Shown: positions 8,156 to 17,516 of the stretch, in pieces
Layout: each line of letters begins with the position of its first letter
Position numbering within the stretch: the stretch's first letter is position 1
Virus record (IMG/VR): IMGVR_UViG_3300011412_000009
Span: 1 to 51,045 of that record
Source of the DNA: a virus
Lineage: Duplodnaviria; Caudoviricetes
Reading direction: 5' to 3' (one strand)
Length of the DNA stretch: 51,045 bases
The notes under the pieces: generated by a model
What the model was told of the DNA's origin: nothing
What the model saw: only the letters and a program-made list of their open reading frames with translations
Database searches by the model: none
Position numbers and translations under genes: made by a program

Positions 8156-8344
8156 GTGGCCGCCGTGGTGGCGCTGATTGCCAAGGCGACCTTCCCCTAC
8201 AACGGGCTGGCGCTCACTCCTGGCGACCTGTTTGAGGCCGTGTCCGAGCGGGACGCGGAAACCCTCCGTCTGCTCGACAAGGCCGAGGACGCCCCGAAGC
8301 CCAAGCGCCGGTATCAGCGTCGTGATCTGGTGTCGGAGCCGTGA
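8156..8344 (+). CDS. Small head-region protein
   Basis: Fills the gap to the portal with a GTGA overlap; basic KRRYQRRDL C-terminus. Confidence 0.65.
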   Translation: MAAVVALIAKATFPYNGLALTPGDLFEAVSERDAETLRLLDKAEDAPKPKRRYQRRDLVSEP

Positions 8345-9717
8345 ACCTGTTCGGCCTGTCGATCACGCGCACGAAAGCGGCGCCTGTCAACCTCTCTGGG
8401 GTGGACGGGAGCCGCTCGTGGTGGCCGCTGATTCGTGAGAGTTTCACTGGCGCGTGGCAGCAGAACGTCGAAGTCACGGTCACCGATGCGCTGACCTATC
8501 CCACCGCGTTTGCGTGCGTGGTCCGCATCGCCTCGGACATCTCCAAGTTGGCGGTGCTGCTCACGAAACCGACTGAGGACGACATCTGGACCGAGGTCGA
8601 GAACCCGGCGTTCTCCCCTGTCCTTCGGACCCCTAATCACTTCCAGACGCATCTGCAGTTCTACGAATACTGGATGCTGTCGAAACTCACGAGGGGCAAC
8701 ACCTACGTCCTGAAGATCCGTGACAACCGGAGTGTCGTCACGGCCCTCTACGTATTGGACCCTAATCGTGTCCAGCCCCTCGTGGCTCCTAACGGCGACG
8801 TGTTCTACCAACTCAATCGGGATGACCTCTCGCGCACACCGGACGAACTCATCGTGCCTGCGCGGGAGATCATTCACGACCGCTTTAACTGCCTCTACCA
8901 CCCACTGGTCGGGTTGTCACCACTCCATGCGGGCGGGTTGAACGCCATCCAAGGGCTACGGATTCAGACCAACACCGCGAACCTGTTTGCCAACGGCGCG
9001 AACCCAGGTGGCATCCTGACGGCTCCACTCCACATTCCGCAGGAGACAGCCGACCGGATCAAGGCGTATGTGGACGGCAGTTTCCAAGGCGCTGGGGTTG
9101 GCAAGACGCTGGTGCTCGGCGACGGCATGGGCTACACGCCGGTCATGATGAACGCCGTCGATAGCGAGTTGGTCGAGCAGTTGAAGTGGTCCGACGAGAA
9201 GTTGTGCTCGGTCTTCGGCGTGCCGGCCTACATGGTCGGGGTTGGCCCCTACCCGTCCTACAACAACGTGCAGGCGCTCCAGCAGCAGTATCACAGCCAG
9301 TGCTTGCAAGTGCATCTGGAGTCCATTGAGCGGCTGCTGGATGAAGGACTCGGGCTGCTGCCGCTTGGCTTCCGGTCGATGTTTGACCTGAATAGCCTCC
9401 TGCGGATGGACTCGGCCACCATGATGGCGACGATCGCGCAAGGCGTCGGCGCTGGGGTGATGAAGCCCAACGAGGGCCGCAACCAGTTGAACCTCGCTGC
9501 CGTGACTGGTGGCGATACGCCCTATCTGCAGCAGCAGAACTACTCACTAGCGGCACTGGACGCTCGAGACAAAGCCGCACCAGCGCCTTCAGATACGACG
9601 CCTTCCACTCCTGAGCCTGAACCTGAGCCAGAGGATGAACCGGAAGACGAGCCGGTGGACGACAAAGCCATCGGCGAGATGCTCCAGAAAGCACTCGAGG
9701 AGTTACAAGCCGCATGA
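8341..9717 (+). CDS. Portal protein, HK97 family
   Basis: ACVVRIASDISKL, PNHFQT, RGNTY, GLSPL, FGVPAYMVG and MKPNEGR motifs. Confidence 0.95.
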   Translation: MNLFGLSITRTKAAPVNLSGVDGSRSWWPLIRESFTGAWQQNVEVTVTDALTYPTAFACVVRIASDISKLAVLLTKPTEDDIWTEVENPAFSPVLRTPNHFQTHLQFYEYWMLSKLTRGNTYVLKIRDNRSVVTALYVLDPNRVQPLVAPNGDVFYQLNRDDLSRTPDELIVPAREIIHDRFNCLYHPLVGLSPLHAGGLNAIQGLRIQTNTANLFANGANPGGILTAPLHIPQETADRIKAYVDGSFQGAGVGKTLVLGDGMGYTPVMMNAVDSELVEQLKWSDEKLCSVFGVPAYMVGVGPYPSYNNVQALQQQYHSQCLQVHLESIERLLDEGLGLLPLGFRSMFDLNSLLRMDSATMMATIAQGVGAGVMKPNEGRNQLNLAAVTGGDTPYLQQQNYSLAALDARDKAAPAPSDTTPSTPEPEPEPEDEPEDEPVDDKAIGEMLQKALEELQAA

Positions 9718-10571
9718 CCGCACAGGATACGGCGGCGATCGTCAAGGGCATTGCCCCGGTGATTCTCCAGGTGGTGTCGTCGGCCGTGGCGCCCTTGCAA
9801 ATAAAGATCGCCGCGCTCGAGGCGCAACTGGCTGGCGTCAGGGATGGCCGCGATGGCAAGGACGGTCAGGATGGGAAGGACGGCAGAGATGCCGAGTTGG
9901 TCAGCAAAGAAGACATCCTCGATTGCATTCTGACCAATGCCGGGGGGCTTGATGGCATTGTGCGGGATTACCTGATAGCCAACCCTCCGAAGGATGGCGC
10001 GAAGGGCGAACCTGGGATAAACGGCAAAGACGGCGAGCCAGGGATTGCCGGCAAGGACGGGATCGGCCTTGCTGGGACGCTGATCAACAAGGACGGCTCG
10101 CTCGTCGTGACGCTCTCAGACGGCACCATCCACGAACTGGGGCCAGTGGTCGGGCGTGACGGCGAAAAGGGCGCAGACGGCGTCGGTATTCAAGGCGAGC
10201 CAGGACTGAACGGCAAAGACGGGACGCTCGAGAACATCTACCCAGTGCTGGAAGAGCGCTCGCTGTTCTTTAGGTTCAAGTCTGACGACAAGTTGGTGCC
10301 TGGGTGGGCCGTGAAGCTCCCGATGCTGATCGACCGTGGCGTCTGGTCACGGGACAAGGCTTACGAGATCGGGGACGTCCTGAGTTACGGCGGCTCGGCG
10401 TGGATCTGCAAGCAGGACTGCCAAGCCCAGCAACCTGGCACGGATGCCGGCGCTGACTTCTGGCGGCTGGCGGTGAAGCGTGGGAACGACGGCAAGCCTG
10501 GGACGAAGGGCTTGGACGGCAAGGACGGCCTGACTGGGCCTCCCGGCCGTGACGGGACGAGGACTTACTGA
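9714..10571 (+). CDS. Collagen-like (G-X-Y repeat) virion protein
   Basis: Several GKD/GRD/GEP triplet runs and a C-terminal RGVW....Y..GD.....GSAW domain; follows the portal. Confidence 0.75.
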   Translation: MTAQDTAAIVKGIAPVILQVVSSAVAPLQIKIAALEAQLAGVRDGRDGKDGQDGKDGRDAELVSKEDILDCILTNAGGLDGIVRDYLIANPPKDGAKGEPGINGKDGEPGIAGKDGIGLAGTLINKDGSLVVTLSDGTIHELGPVVGRDGEKGADGVGIQGEPGLNGKDGTLENIYPVLEERSLFFRFKSDDKLVPGWAVKLPMLIDRGVWSRDKAYEIGDVLSYGGSAWICKQDCQAQQPGTDAGADFWRLAVKRGNDGKPGTKGLDGKDGLTGPPGRDGTRTY

Positions 10572-10933
10572 TGGCCTGGTCCCCGCTGCAGGAACTGGTG
10601 ACGCTGGATCAGGTGAAGGACCGCCTGCGGATTCCTCGCACGCATCTGGCGGAAGACGAAGACTTGCAGTTGCAGTTGGAGATCGCCCACGAAGTCTGTA
10701 TGGACTTCATCGCCCAGCGGGTGTCAGGTCTAGCGGCGTGGCAGTCCACGGCGGATGGGTGGACGGCGTCCACAGTGCCTCGGCGGGTGGTGGGCGCGAT
10801 CCTCGCGCAGACGGTCTGGTTGTATCGGTTCCGTGGGGACGACACCGACACGCCGGAGCGCAACGAAGGTGCGGCCATTTGCAAAGAGGCGGCGGCGTTA
10901 CTGATGCGCCTCCGTGACCCGGCTATCTCATGA
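10571..10933 (+). CDS. Head-tail connector (HK97 gp6-like)
   Basis: LVTLDQVKDRLRI, VP..V..AIL...WLYRFR and LLMRLRDPAI motifs; position. Confidence 0.8.
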   Translation: MAWSPLQELVTLDQVKDRLRIPRTHLAEDEDLQLQLEIAHEVCMDFIAQRVSGLAAWQSTADGWTASTVPRRVVGAILAQTVWLYRFRGDDTDTPERNEGAAICKEAAALLMRLRDPAIS

Positions 10934-11559
10934 CGAAGCTGCCACAGTGCCAGTCTGGCACGGTCGCAATACTGGCGTCTGGCCCATCGCTGGCGCCGGA
11001 AGACGTCGCGTATTGCCGAGGCAAAGCCACGGTCATTGCCGTGAATGATGCCGTGCGGTTGGCGCCGTGGGCCGACGTGCTGTATTCCAGCGATCCGGGT
11101 TGGTGGCAGAAGCACAAGTGGATGCCTGACTTCGCAGGCGTGCGCGTGAAGGTAGACAGCGTGCGGGCACATAGCGCCCATAAGCCTCCACTTGAGTGGA
11201 ATGGGGTTCTTTCGCTGAGGAACACAGGCAAGGACGGCGTTGAGTTCTCGCCTGACGGCTTGAGAACGCAAATCAATTCCGGTGGCGCGGCTATCAACCT
11301 TGCCGTCCATCTCGGCGCGAAGCGGATCGTGTTGCTGGGTTACGACATGGGGCCATCAGGGAAGCGGTATCACTTCCACGACGAGAAGAATACCTACTCG
11401 GCCTACGACGTGTTCATCAAGAACATCGGCACGATGGCGGCTCCGTTGGCAGCGGCTGGCATCGAGGTGGTGAACTGCTCGCGGCAGACGAAACTCCAGT
11501 GTTTTCCTCGCATGTCGCTCAAAGAGGCCCTACCTGAACGAATGGCGGTGGCCTCGTGA
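10930..11559 (+). CDS. Maf/DUF115/sialyltransferase-like glycosyltransferase-fold protein
   Basis: ILASGPSL, VIAVND, NSGGAAINLAVHLGAKRIVLLGYDM and VVNCS motifs; paralogous to 42628-43236. Confidence 0.6.
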   Translation: MTKLPQCQSGTVAILASGPSLAPEDVAYCRGKATVIAVNDAVRLAPWADVLYSSDPGWWQKHKWMPDFAGVRVKVDSVRAHSAHKPPLEWNGVLSLRNTGKDGVEFSPDGLRTQINSGGAAINLAVHLGAKRIVLLGYDMGPSGKRYHFHDEKNTYSAYDVFIKNIGTMAAPLAAAGIEVVNCSRQTKLQCFPRMSLKEALPERMAVAS

Positions 11560-11882
11560 GTATCGGCACGATGCGGTCGTATGTGCGGGTGCTGGTGCCG
11601 ACCACCACCGATGACGGGGAAGGTGGACAGTCCGTCCGCTGGGACGAGGGCGAGGAACTGTGGGCCGACATCCGGCCGTTGTCGGCGAGGGAGCAGGCGC
11701 TGGCCGGGGCGCTGCAGTCCATTGTGACGCTGGTTGCTGTGACGCACTACACGACCTGTGTCACGACCCAGCGCCGGCTGCAGCGGATTGACCCGGAAGG
11801 GCCAGACCTGCAGATCCTCGGTGTGCGCGACCCGGATGGACGTCGGCGCATTGTGGAGATGGACTGTGCGGAGGTCGTCTAG
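11556..11882 (+). CDS. Head closure / head-tail adaptor (SPP1 gp16-like)
   Basis: DDGEGGQ..W, WADIRPLSARE and ILGVRDPD motifs. Confidence 0.85.
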   Translation: MSIGTMRSYVRVLVPTTTDDGEGGQSVRWDEGEELWADIRPLSAREQALAGALQSIVTLVAVTHYTTCVTTQRRLQRIDPEGPDLQILGVRDPDGRRRIVEMDCAEVV

Positions 11883-12346
11883 TGGCCGGCTCGCGTGTCC
11901 GCGATGTCGTGAACGCGGCAGTGGATGGGTTGAAGGCGGATGCGGCGCTATTGGTGCTCATCGGCCCAGCCACGAAGGTGGACACGCACATTCGGCAGGG
12001 GACTGACACCCCTTACACGATGGTGCTGGGAGGCGACGAGATTCCGTGGGCGCCGGTCCTCCTGCAGACGCTGGGGTCGCCGCTGGATACCGATGGCGGG
12101 GATGACGGCGGGCGACAGGTGGATGTGATTGTGCAGTGCGTCTCGACCTATCGCGGCACGAAGGAAGTCGATCAGATCGCGGATCGTGTGATGACGGTGC
12201 TGACAGACGACGGGACGTGGCGATTGGTCACCGGGTTTCAGTTGTCCGAGTTTGTGCGGAACCAGTTCCAGCCGCCTGTCGATTTGAACGCCGACGGGGT
12301 GTTGTGGTTTGTGCGGCTGGTCACGGTGCGAGTCACCCTGCAGTGA
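11882..12346 (+). CDS. Tail terminator / completion protein (DUF3168-like)
   Basis: L.ADAAL, PY..LG and S.Y.G..EV..IAD.V..VL pattern; position. Confidence 0.7.
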   Translation: MAGSRVRDVVNAAVDGLKADAALLVLIGPATKVDTHIRQGTDTPYTMVLGGDEIPWAPVLLQTLGSPLDTDGGDDGGRQVDVIVQCVSTYRGTKEVDQIADRVMTVLTDDGTWRLVTGFQLSEFVRNQFQPPVDLNADGVLWFVRLVTVRVTLQ

Positions 12347-12573
12347 CCCCTGCGGCGTATGACCAGTTGCTGGTGTTGTTACGACATTGCGTCATCGACA
12401 ATCCCCCTGACGATCAGGTGCGGCGGTTGTCGAAGGGGTTAGTTAAAGCTTTGACCCGTTACCTGCAGATGCAGGGGACGGATTCACCCGACCAGGCTCG
12501 CATCGGAACGCCTCGCCCTGATGGGCCTCGCCTCCGCGAACGCCTCCCTGGCACTTCAAACAGGACGGTGTAA
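12343..12573 (+). CDS. Hypothetical protein
   Basis: GTGA overlap with the upstream gene; fills the gap to the tail tube gene. Confidence 0.45.
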   Translation: MTPAAYDQLLVLLRHCVIDNPPDDQVRRLSKGLVKALTRYLQMQGTDSPDQARIGTPRPDGPRLRERLPGTSNRTV

Positions 12574-12574
12574 C

Positions 12575-12985
12575 GTGGCGAAATATCACGGCCGCAGGGG
12601 CCAGATCGAGGTCGGCGCAGGGTCACCGAGGACCATCATTTGCTCGATCGCGTCGTGGAGCATTTCCTTCACACGCGACAAGACCGATGTGACCTCGCTG
12701 TGCAACACCAACAAGGTCTATCTCGTGGGCCTGAAGGATGTCAGCGGATCGTTCGAAGGGTTCTTCGACACGGACGACTTCAGGGCGCTGTTCGAGGCCG
12801 GCGATTCGGCCACCGGCACGACGATTCGGATCACCCCCTCGCTGGATGCGGGCGAGTGGTATTTCGACGGGCCGGCATGGCTGGATGTGACCGTCACCGG
12901 CTCGACGGCTGACGCGGTGAAGGTCAGCGGCACATTCTCAGCGAACGGCGACTGGCGTGCCGTGCTGGGCGGATCGCCGGTCTAA
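12575..12985 (+). CDS. Major tail tube protein
   Basis: GTG start after AGGACGG. Beta-rich, with WSISF..D..DVTS and Y.VGLKD.SGSFEGFFD motifs. Confidence 0.8.
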   Translation: MAKYHGRRGQIEVGAGSPRTIICSIASWSISFTRDKTDVTSLCNTNKVYLVGLKDVSGSFEGFFDTDDFRALFEAGDSATGTTIRITPSLDAGEWYFDGPAWLDVTVTGSTADAVKVSGTFSANGDWRAVLGGSPV

Positions 12986-13054
12986 CCGGCACGACGAGGC
13001 TACTGGGCACGGGCAGCAATCCCGCTGCCCCTCCCCAGTGGCGAGCAAGGACGT

Positions 13055-13468
13055 ATGGCGACACGACTGGAACTCCCGAACGGACAATGGATCGACGTGA
13101 AAGACAAGCTCAACATGCAGGATGTCGAGGATAAAAATCTCTACTCCTCGGACGGTGTCTCTGCGGACGGGCAGACGATGCGGTTTTCCGTCATCCGGCA
13201 CAGCGTGGCGACGGCGGCGATCTACATCAAGAACTGGTCCGATGGGTTGACCGACGAGAACGGCAAGCCCGTGCGGTGGCCGCTCGAGAAGCCGTCCTTC
13301 CGGGACCGCACGGCGACGGTGAAGAAGCTCGACCAGGACGTCTTCGAGACGATCTACAAAGTCCTGCGGAAGCACGCGAAGGAGACGGAGGACGAGGACG
13401 AGAGCGAAAAAAAAGAAGCCCCTGGTGGCGAGAGCGACTCTGGTCCGACTTCACCCTCTGCGAGTTGA
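13055..13468 (+). CDS. Tail assembly chaperone (gpG-like)
   Basis: Between tail tube and tape measure; slippery GAAAAAAAAG at 13406-13415. Confidence 0.75.
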   Translation: MATRLELPNGQWIDVKDKLNMQDVEDKNLYSSDGVSADGQTMRFSVIRHSVATAAIYIKNWSDGLTDENGKPVRWPLEKPSFRDRTATVKKLDQDVFETIYKVLRKHAKETEDEDESEKKEAPGGESDSGPTSPSAS

Positions 13469-13632
13469 TGCACTGGACGCTGCCAGAGTTGCGGCAGTTG
13501 ACGGTGGCCGAGCATGAGGCGCTGATCGAGTGGGCACGGGACCGGGCCGACCGGATGAGCGGCGAAGAAGGCATCGACATGGACAAGGTCATCGACGCTG
13601 CCACAACTGCGAAGGAGGACGACGATGCCTGA
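13406..13632 (+). CDS. -1 frameshift extension of the tail chaperone (gpGT-like)
   Basis: The -1 frame is open past the A8 run and reads ...LCELMHWTLPELRQLT..., typical of gpT segments. Confidence 0.7.
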
Positions 13633-14032
13633 AGACTTCTCCGTGGCGCAACTGCAGAAGGCGATGGAAACCGCCACCGACGACATCAAGCGGGAGATGT
13701 CTGGGCTGATCGACAGTGCCGCCCAGTCGATGCTCAACCGAGTGCAGCAACGGTTCCCGGTGGGTCCGACTGGCAACCTGCGGGCGCTGGTGCGCGTCAC
13801 GGCCTCGAGGCCATCGGTTGGGGCACTCCTAGGCAAGAAGGTGCGTGGGACGGCCGCGCACATCCACATCTGGCAAGAAGGCACACGGCAGCGTACGGAT
13901 GCCACGAGAGGCAATGCGAACCGTGGCCGGATGCCAGTCGGGGGCCGCGTGTTTGAAACTGCGGCGGCAGAAACCAGAGCCAACATGTTGCGACGAGCGC
14001 AGGACATGCTGAACCGGAACCGGGAACTGTAG
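13625..14032 (+). CDS. HK97 gp10-like tail completion protein
   Basis: PVGPTGNLR and AHIHIWQEGT motifs. Confidence 0.65.
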   Translation: MPEDFSVAQLQKAMETATDDIKREMSGLIDSAAQSMLNRVQQRFPVGPTGNLRALVRVTASRPSVGALLGKKVRGTAAHIHIWQEGTRQRTDATRGNANRGRMPVGGRVFETAAAETRANMLRRAQDMLNRNREL

Positions 14033-14036
14033 GCGG

Positions 14037-17000
14037 ATGCTCCAAGCAACCTTCGTAGCCGACTTCACAAAATGGGATAAGGCATTAGCCGATGCCCAGA
14101 AGGGCCTCAAGACGTTTGAGGTGGCTGGGAAAGGTGTGCAGAAGCAACTGGAGAATATGTCGAAGTCCCTCTCTGGGGTGAACATCAAGAGAGAGTCCGA
14201 CATCGCAGTGGCGGGGATCAAAGCCATCGGCGGGGCGTCGGCCTTGACGCAGAAGGAAGCGCAGCGACTGAACGCTATCCTCACTGAGTCCATTGCCAAA
14301 TACAAAGCGATGGGCCAGCAAGTGCCGGCAGAACTGCGAAAGATCCAAGCCGAGACGGCGAAGGTAACGAAGGAAACAGGATTACTTGGGAGCGCAGTTG
14401 GGAAGGCTGGTGCGCTGCTCGCTGGCGCCTTCACGGTCGGCGCAGTCGTGAACATGAGCCGGAAGGTGCTGCAACTCGGCAGCGATCTCGCGGACCTGTC
14501 GGCCAAGACTGGCATCGGGGTTGAGGCACTGCAGGAGTTCAAGTTCGCTGGCGGATTGGTGGGGGTGTCTGTCGAACAGATCACCAATGCCGTCAACCAA
14601 ATGCAGAACCGCATCTCCGAAGGCGACAAGTCTGCGGTGGGTGCGCTGAAGCGGCTCAATATCTCGTTCGACTACTTCAAGAAACTCAAGCCTGAGGACC
14701 AGTTCCAGGCCGTCGCTGATGCGGTCGGAGAGATCAAAGACCCCGCCGAGAAGGTCCGCACGGCGATGGACCTGATGGGCAAGACCGGGGCGCAAGTGCT
14801 GCCGGCGCTCACGGCCGGATTCAAAGACGCCAGAGAAGAAGCCCTACGCATGGGCGTCGTGCTGGACGAGAAGACTATCCAGGCACTCGACCGGATGGGC
14901 GAGCGGATCGAGGCCATTCAGGGCATCTACCTCGCCGGGTTCGCTCGTCTCCTCGTGGAGCTCGAGCCGCTCCTGATCACCTTTGCCAAGGGCCTCGCCA
15001 ACTCTGCGACGTGGCTTGGCAAGATGCAGGACGAGTTTGAGATCATGCTGGTTGGAGTTGGCCAAACGACGGCCGAGTTTGCCGACATGGAAGTCGGCCT
15101 CTACAAACTGGCCGAGGCGCTCAACCCTGCCGCCAAATTGATGGGCACGTTTAGCGACTCCATCGCAGACGCACGCAGGCGAGCGACAGAGGCGCGGACG
15201 TGGGTCAAGGCGATGGCCGATGGCATACAGCGTGATGCCACCAAGGCGCTGATCGCACTGGCCAAAATAGGAGAAGTTCGCCGCGCTCCGATTGCACTTG
15301 GTGCTGGTGGGGCTTCAGGGGCGCCGAGCGACGAGGAGATCAAGCGGTTCCAGAAGTGGCGCGACGAAGTCACTGGGGCGGCCACTGAAAAAGCCCTCGC
15401 GCAACTGACGAAGGACTGGATGGCACTGTCAGCGGCTGAACGGCAGTCGGTCGCAGCCCGTCAGGCGGTCACCAAACAATACGAAGTCCTGCGGGCACTC
15501 TTGCCGACGGTGGGCGGGGCGCTTGAGGACTTGCGGAACGACACGATTAGCCTGCTGATTCCGAACAAGGTCTTGCAGCAGCAGTTCCTGAGCCTCGGCT
15601 CGACCGCGATGCCTGATGCGGTGCGGATGTTCAGGGCCGGACAGGCGGCAGTGGACAACCTCAACCGAGACACCACATCACTGTCTCGGACGGTGGTGAA
15701 ACTCAAGGACGGCATGGGCGCGATGCCGGCTGTCCTGAAGTCCACTTCTGTCGCTGCGAATGACTTGGCATTGCGGCAACTGGAAGCTGCCGAAGCCGCG
15801 CAACTCTGGCGCGATAATCTGGAAGACCTCGCGCAAGCCTTCGCCCTGCTGGCCCAGATTGCCCCAGGTGCGCTCGGGAAAGTGGCCTCACTGATGGGCA
15901 AGGTCACTGGGTCCATCAACCTCGCCGTGAAGGGCTGGGATTCCTTCATGTCCGGCATGAAGGCGCTCAAGGGTGGCAACACGCTGGCCGGGTTGACTGG
16001 TATCGCCTCTGGTATTCTCGGCATCGCTTCTGCCGCCGTGGCACTCGGCAAAGCCATTGCCGACCTGTTCCACTCGCGGGCCGAGAAAACGATGGCGCGG
16101 GTGGCCTACGAGTTCGGGGTCACCATCAGCGAGGAGTTGGCACAGGGGATCGAGGACGAAGCGGAACGGCAGTTCGGCGGTAGTCGGCAGGCGTCCAAGA
16201 TCTTCCACCTTGACAAGATTTTGTCGGAAGGCGGCGGGTTGTCAGAAGCCAACATTAAGCCGATGTTTGCGCGGTTCCGTGACTTGTTCTCGATGCTGCA
16301 AACAGGTGCGTTCACCAGCGCCCAAGCTGTGCAAGTCCTCGATGACAACTTCCGCACCTTTGCGGACTTCGTGACGAAGGGTGGCTCGCTCGCCAGTAAG
16401 GAACTGCTCGACATCATCCGACTCACCAGAGAGACGGGTCTGGCCTCCGCTGAAGTCTCAGCCTTTGTGGTGCAGGAAAGCAATAAGGCGCTGGGTGGGC
16501 TGACGACCTTCCTGCAGAACGTCCAGGTAAAGACGCAGGCCGCTGCCGATGGGATCGGGGCGGCACTGTTCGGCATCTTCGAGGCGCAGACGGCGAATGG
16601 GGTGCCAGCGGCCGAGGTCATCAAACAACTCGACCCGCTGATCAAGAACCTCGACGCGCAACTCAAGAAGGCCGGTCTGTCTGGTGGCGCGGCGTTTACC
16701 GCCATCAAGGACTTGGCTGCGGTCGCCGGTCACGAGATCGCGGGGCCGCTCATCACCGGCATCCTTGGGCTCGGCACGGCGCTCGAGGGGTTGCACAACT
16801 CGGGCATCCTCACGGAGGAGATGTTCGACGGGTTGACGGCCTCCATCGCGGACACCTACGCGCAGATCCTCGCCACAGGAGTTGACGGGTCGAAGGCGCT
16901 CCAGCTCATCGCCCCAAGTCTGCAGGACATCTGGGAATTGACAGAGGATTTTGGGCACACTGTCGATGACGCTACGCAGAAGTTACTCGACGAAGCCAAG

Positions 17001-17516
17001 GCCGCTGGATTGGTTGGGGATGAACACCGCACCGCGACCGAGCAGATGCTGAAGCTGACCGAACGGATGACCACAGCGGTTGAGTTTCTCGCCAAAGCCT
17101 TTGGCTATGTGACCGATAACGTCGAAGACCTCGGAGACGCGATTGAGAACCTGCCCGATGTCCCAAGGGGCGTGCCAGAGGGTGGCGGCGGTGGTGGTGA
17201 CTACGAGCGCTATGCTCGCGGCGGGCTTGTCCCCAAGCGCATGGCGTGGGGTGGCCCCAGCGGGTCCGATACCGTGCCGGCGTGGCTGAGTCCTGGCGAG
17301 TTTGTGATGAGCCGTGCTGCTGTCAGCCGGATCGGGGCCAACAACCTTCAGGCCATGAACAGTGGCTCCGGTGGTGGTGTGACCTTGAATTTTCCAGGGA
17401 TGGTCATCAACGCCTCGTCCAAGTCTGACGGGGAAGCGGCGGCCGAAGCCTTCTTAACCTACATTGAGCGCAACTCGAAGGGCGCGGGATCTCGCATCCG
17501 TGCTGTGGTGCGCTAG
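14037..17516 (+). CDS. Tape measure protein
   Basis: 1159 aa, Ala/Leu-rich and helical; C-terminal YARGG...SDTVPAWLSPGEFVM motif. Confidence 0.92.
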   Translation: MLQATFVADFTKWDKALADAQKGLKTFEVAGKGVQKQLENMSKSLSGVNIKRESDIAVAGIKAIGGASALTQKEAQRLNAILTESIAKYKAMGQQVPAELRKIQAETAKVTKETGLLGSAVGKAGALLAGAFTVGAVVNMSRKVLQLGSDLADLSAKTGIGVEALQEFKFAGGLVGVSVEQITNAVNQMQNRISEGDKSAVGALKRLNISFDYFKKLKPEDQFQAVADAVGEIKDPAEKVRTAMDLMGKTGAQVLPALTAGFKDAREEALRMGVVLDEKTIQALDRMGERIEAIQGIYLAGFARLLVELEPLLITFAKGLANSATWLGKMQDEFEIMLVGVGQTTAEFADMEVGLYKLAEALNPAAKLMGTFSDSIADARRRATEARTWVKAMADGIQRDATKALIALAKIGEVRRAPIALGAGGASGAPSDEEIKRFQKWRDEVTGAATEKALAQLTKDWMALSAAERQSVAARQAVTKQYEVLRALLPTVGGALEDLRNDTISLLIPNKVLQQQFLSLGSTAMPDAVRMFRAGQAAVDNLNRDTTSLSRTVVKLKDGMGAMPAVLKSTSVAANDLALRQLEAAEAAQLWRDNLEDLAQAFALLAQIAPGALGKVASLMGKVTGSINLAVKGWDSFMSGMKALKGGNTLAGLTGIASGILGIASAAVALGKAIADLFHSRAEKTMARVAYEFGVTISEELAQGIEDEAERQFGGSRQASKIFHLDKILSEGGGLSEANIKPMFARFRDLFSMLQTGAFTSAQAVQVLDDNFRTFADFVTKGGSLASKELLDIIRLTRETGLASAEVSAFVVQESNKALGGLTTFLQNVQVKTQAAADGIGAALFGIFEAQTANGVPAAEVIKQLDPLIKNLDAQLKKAGLSGGAAFTAIKDLAAVAGHEIAGPLITGILGLGTALEGLHNSGILTEEMFDGLTASIADTYAQILATGVDGSKALQLIAPSLQDIWELTEDFGHTVDDATQKLLDEAKAAGLVGDEHRTATEQMLKLTERMTTAVEFLAKAFGYVTDNVEDLGDAIENLPDVPRGVPEGGGGGGDYERYARGGLVPKRMAWGGPSGSDTVPAWLSPGEFVMSRAAVSRIGANNLQAMNSGSGGGVTLNFPGMVINASSKSDGEAAAEAFLTYIERNSKGAGSRIRAVVR

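Noticed and set aside
9808-9822. Partial gapped match of array unit 1 (AT GC GC CT GA) to ATC GCC GCG CTC GAG
   Set aside because: Only 5 of 17 dinucleotides match, which is expected by chance in GC-rich coding DNA.
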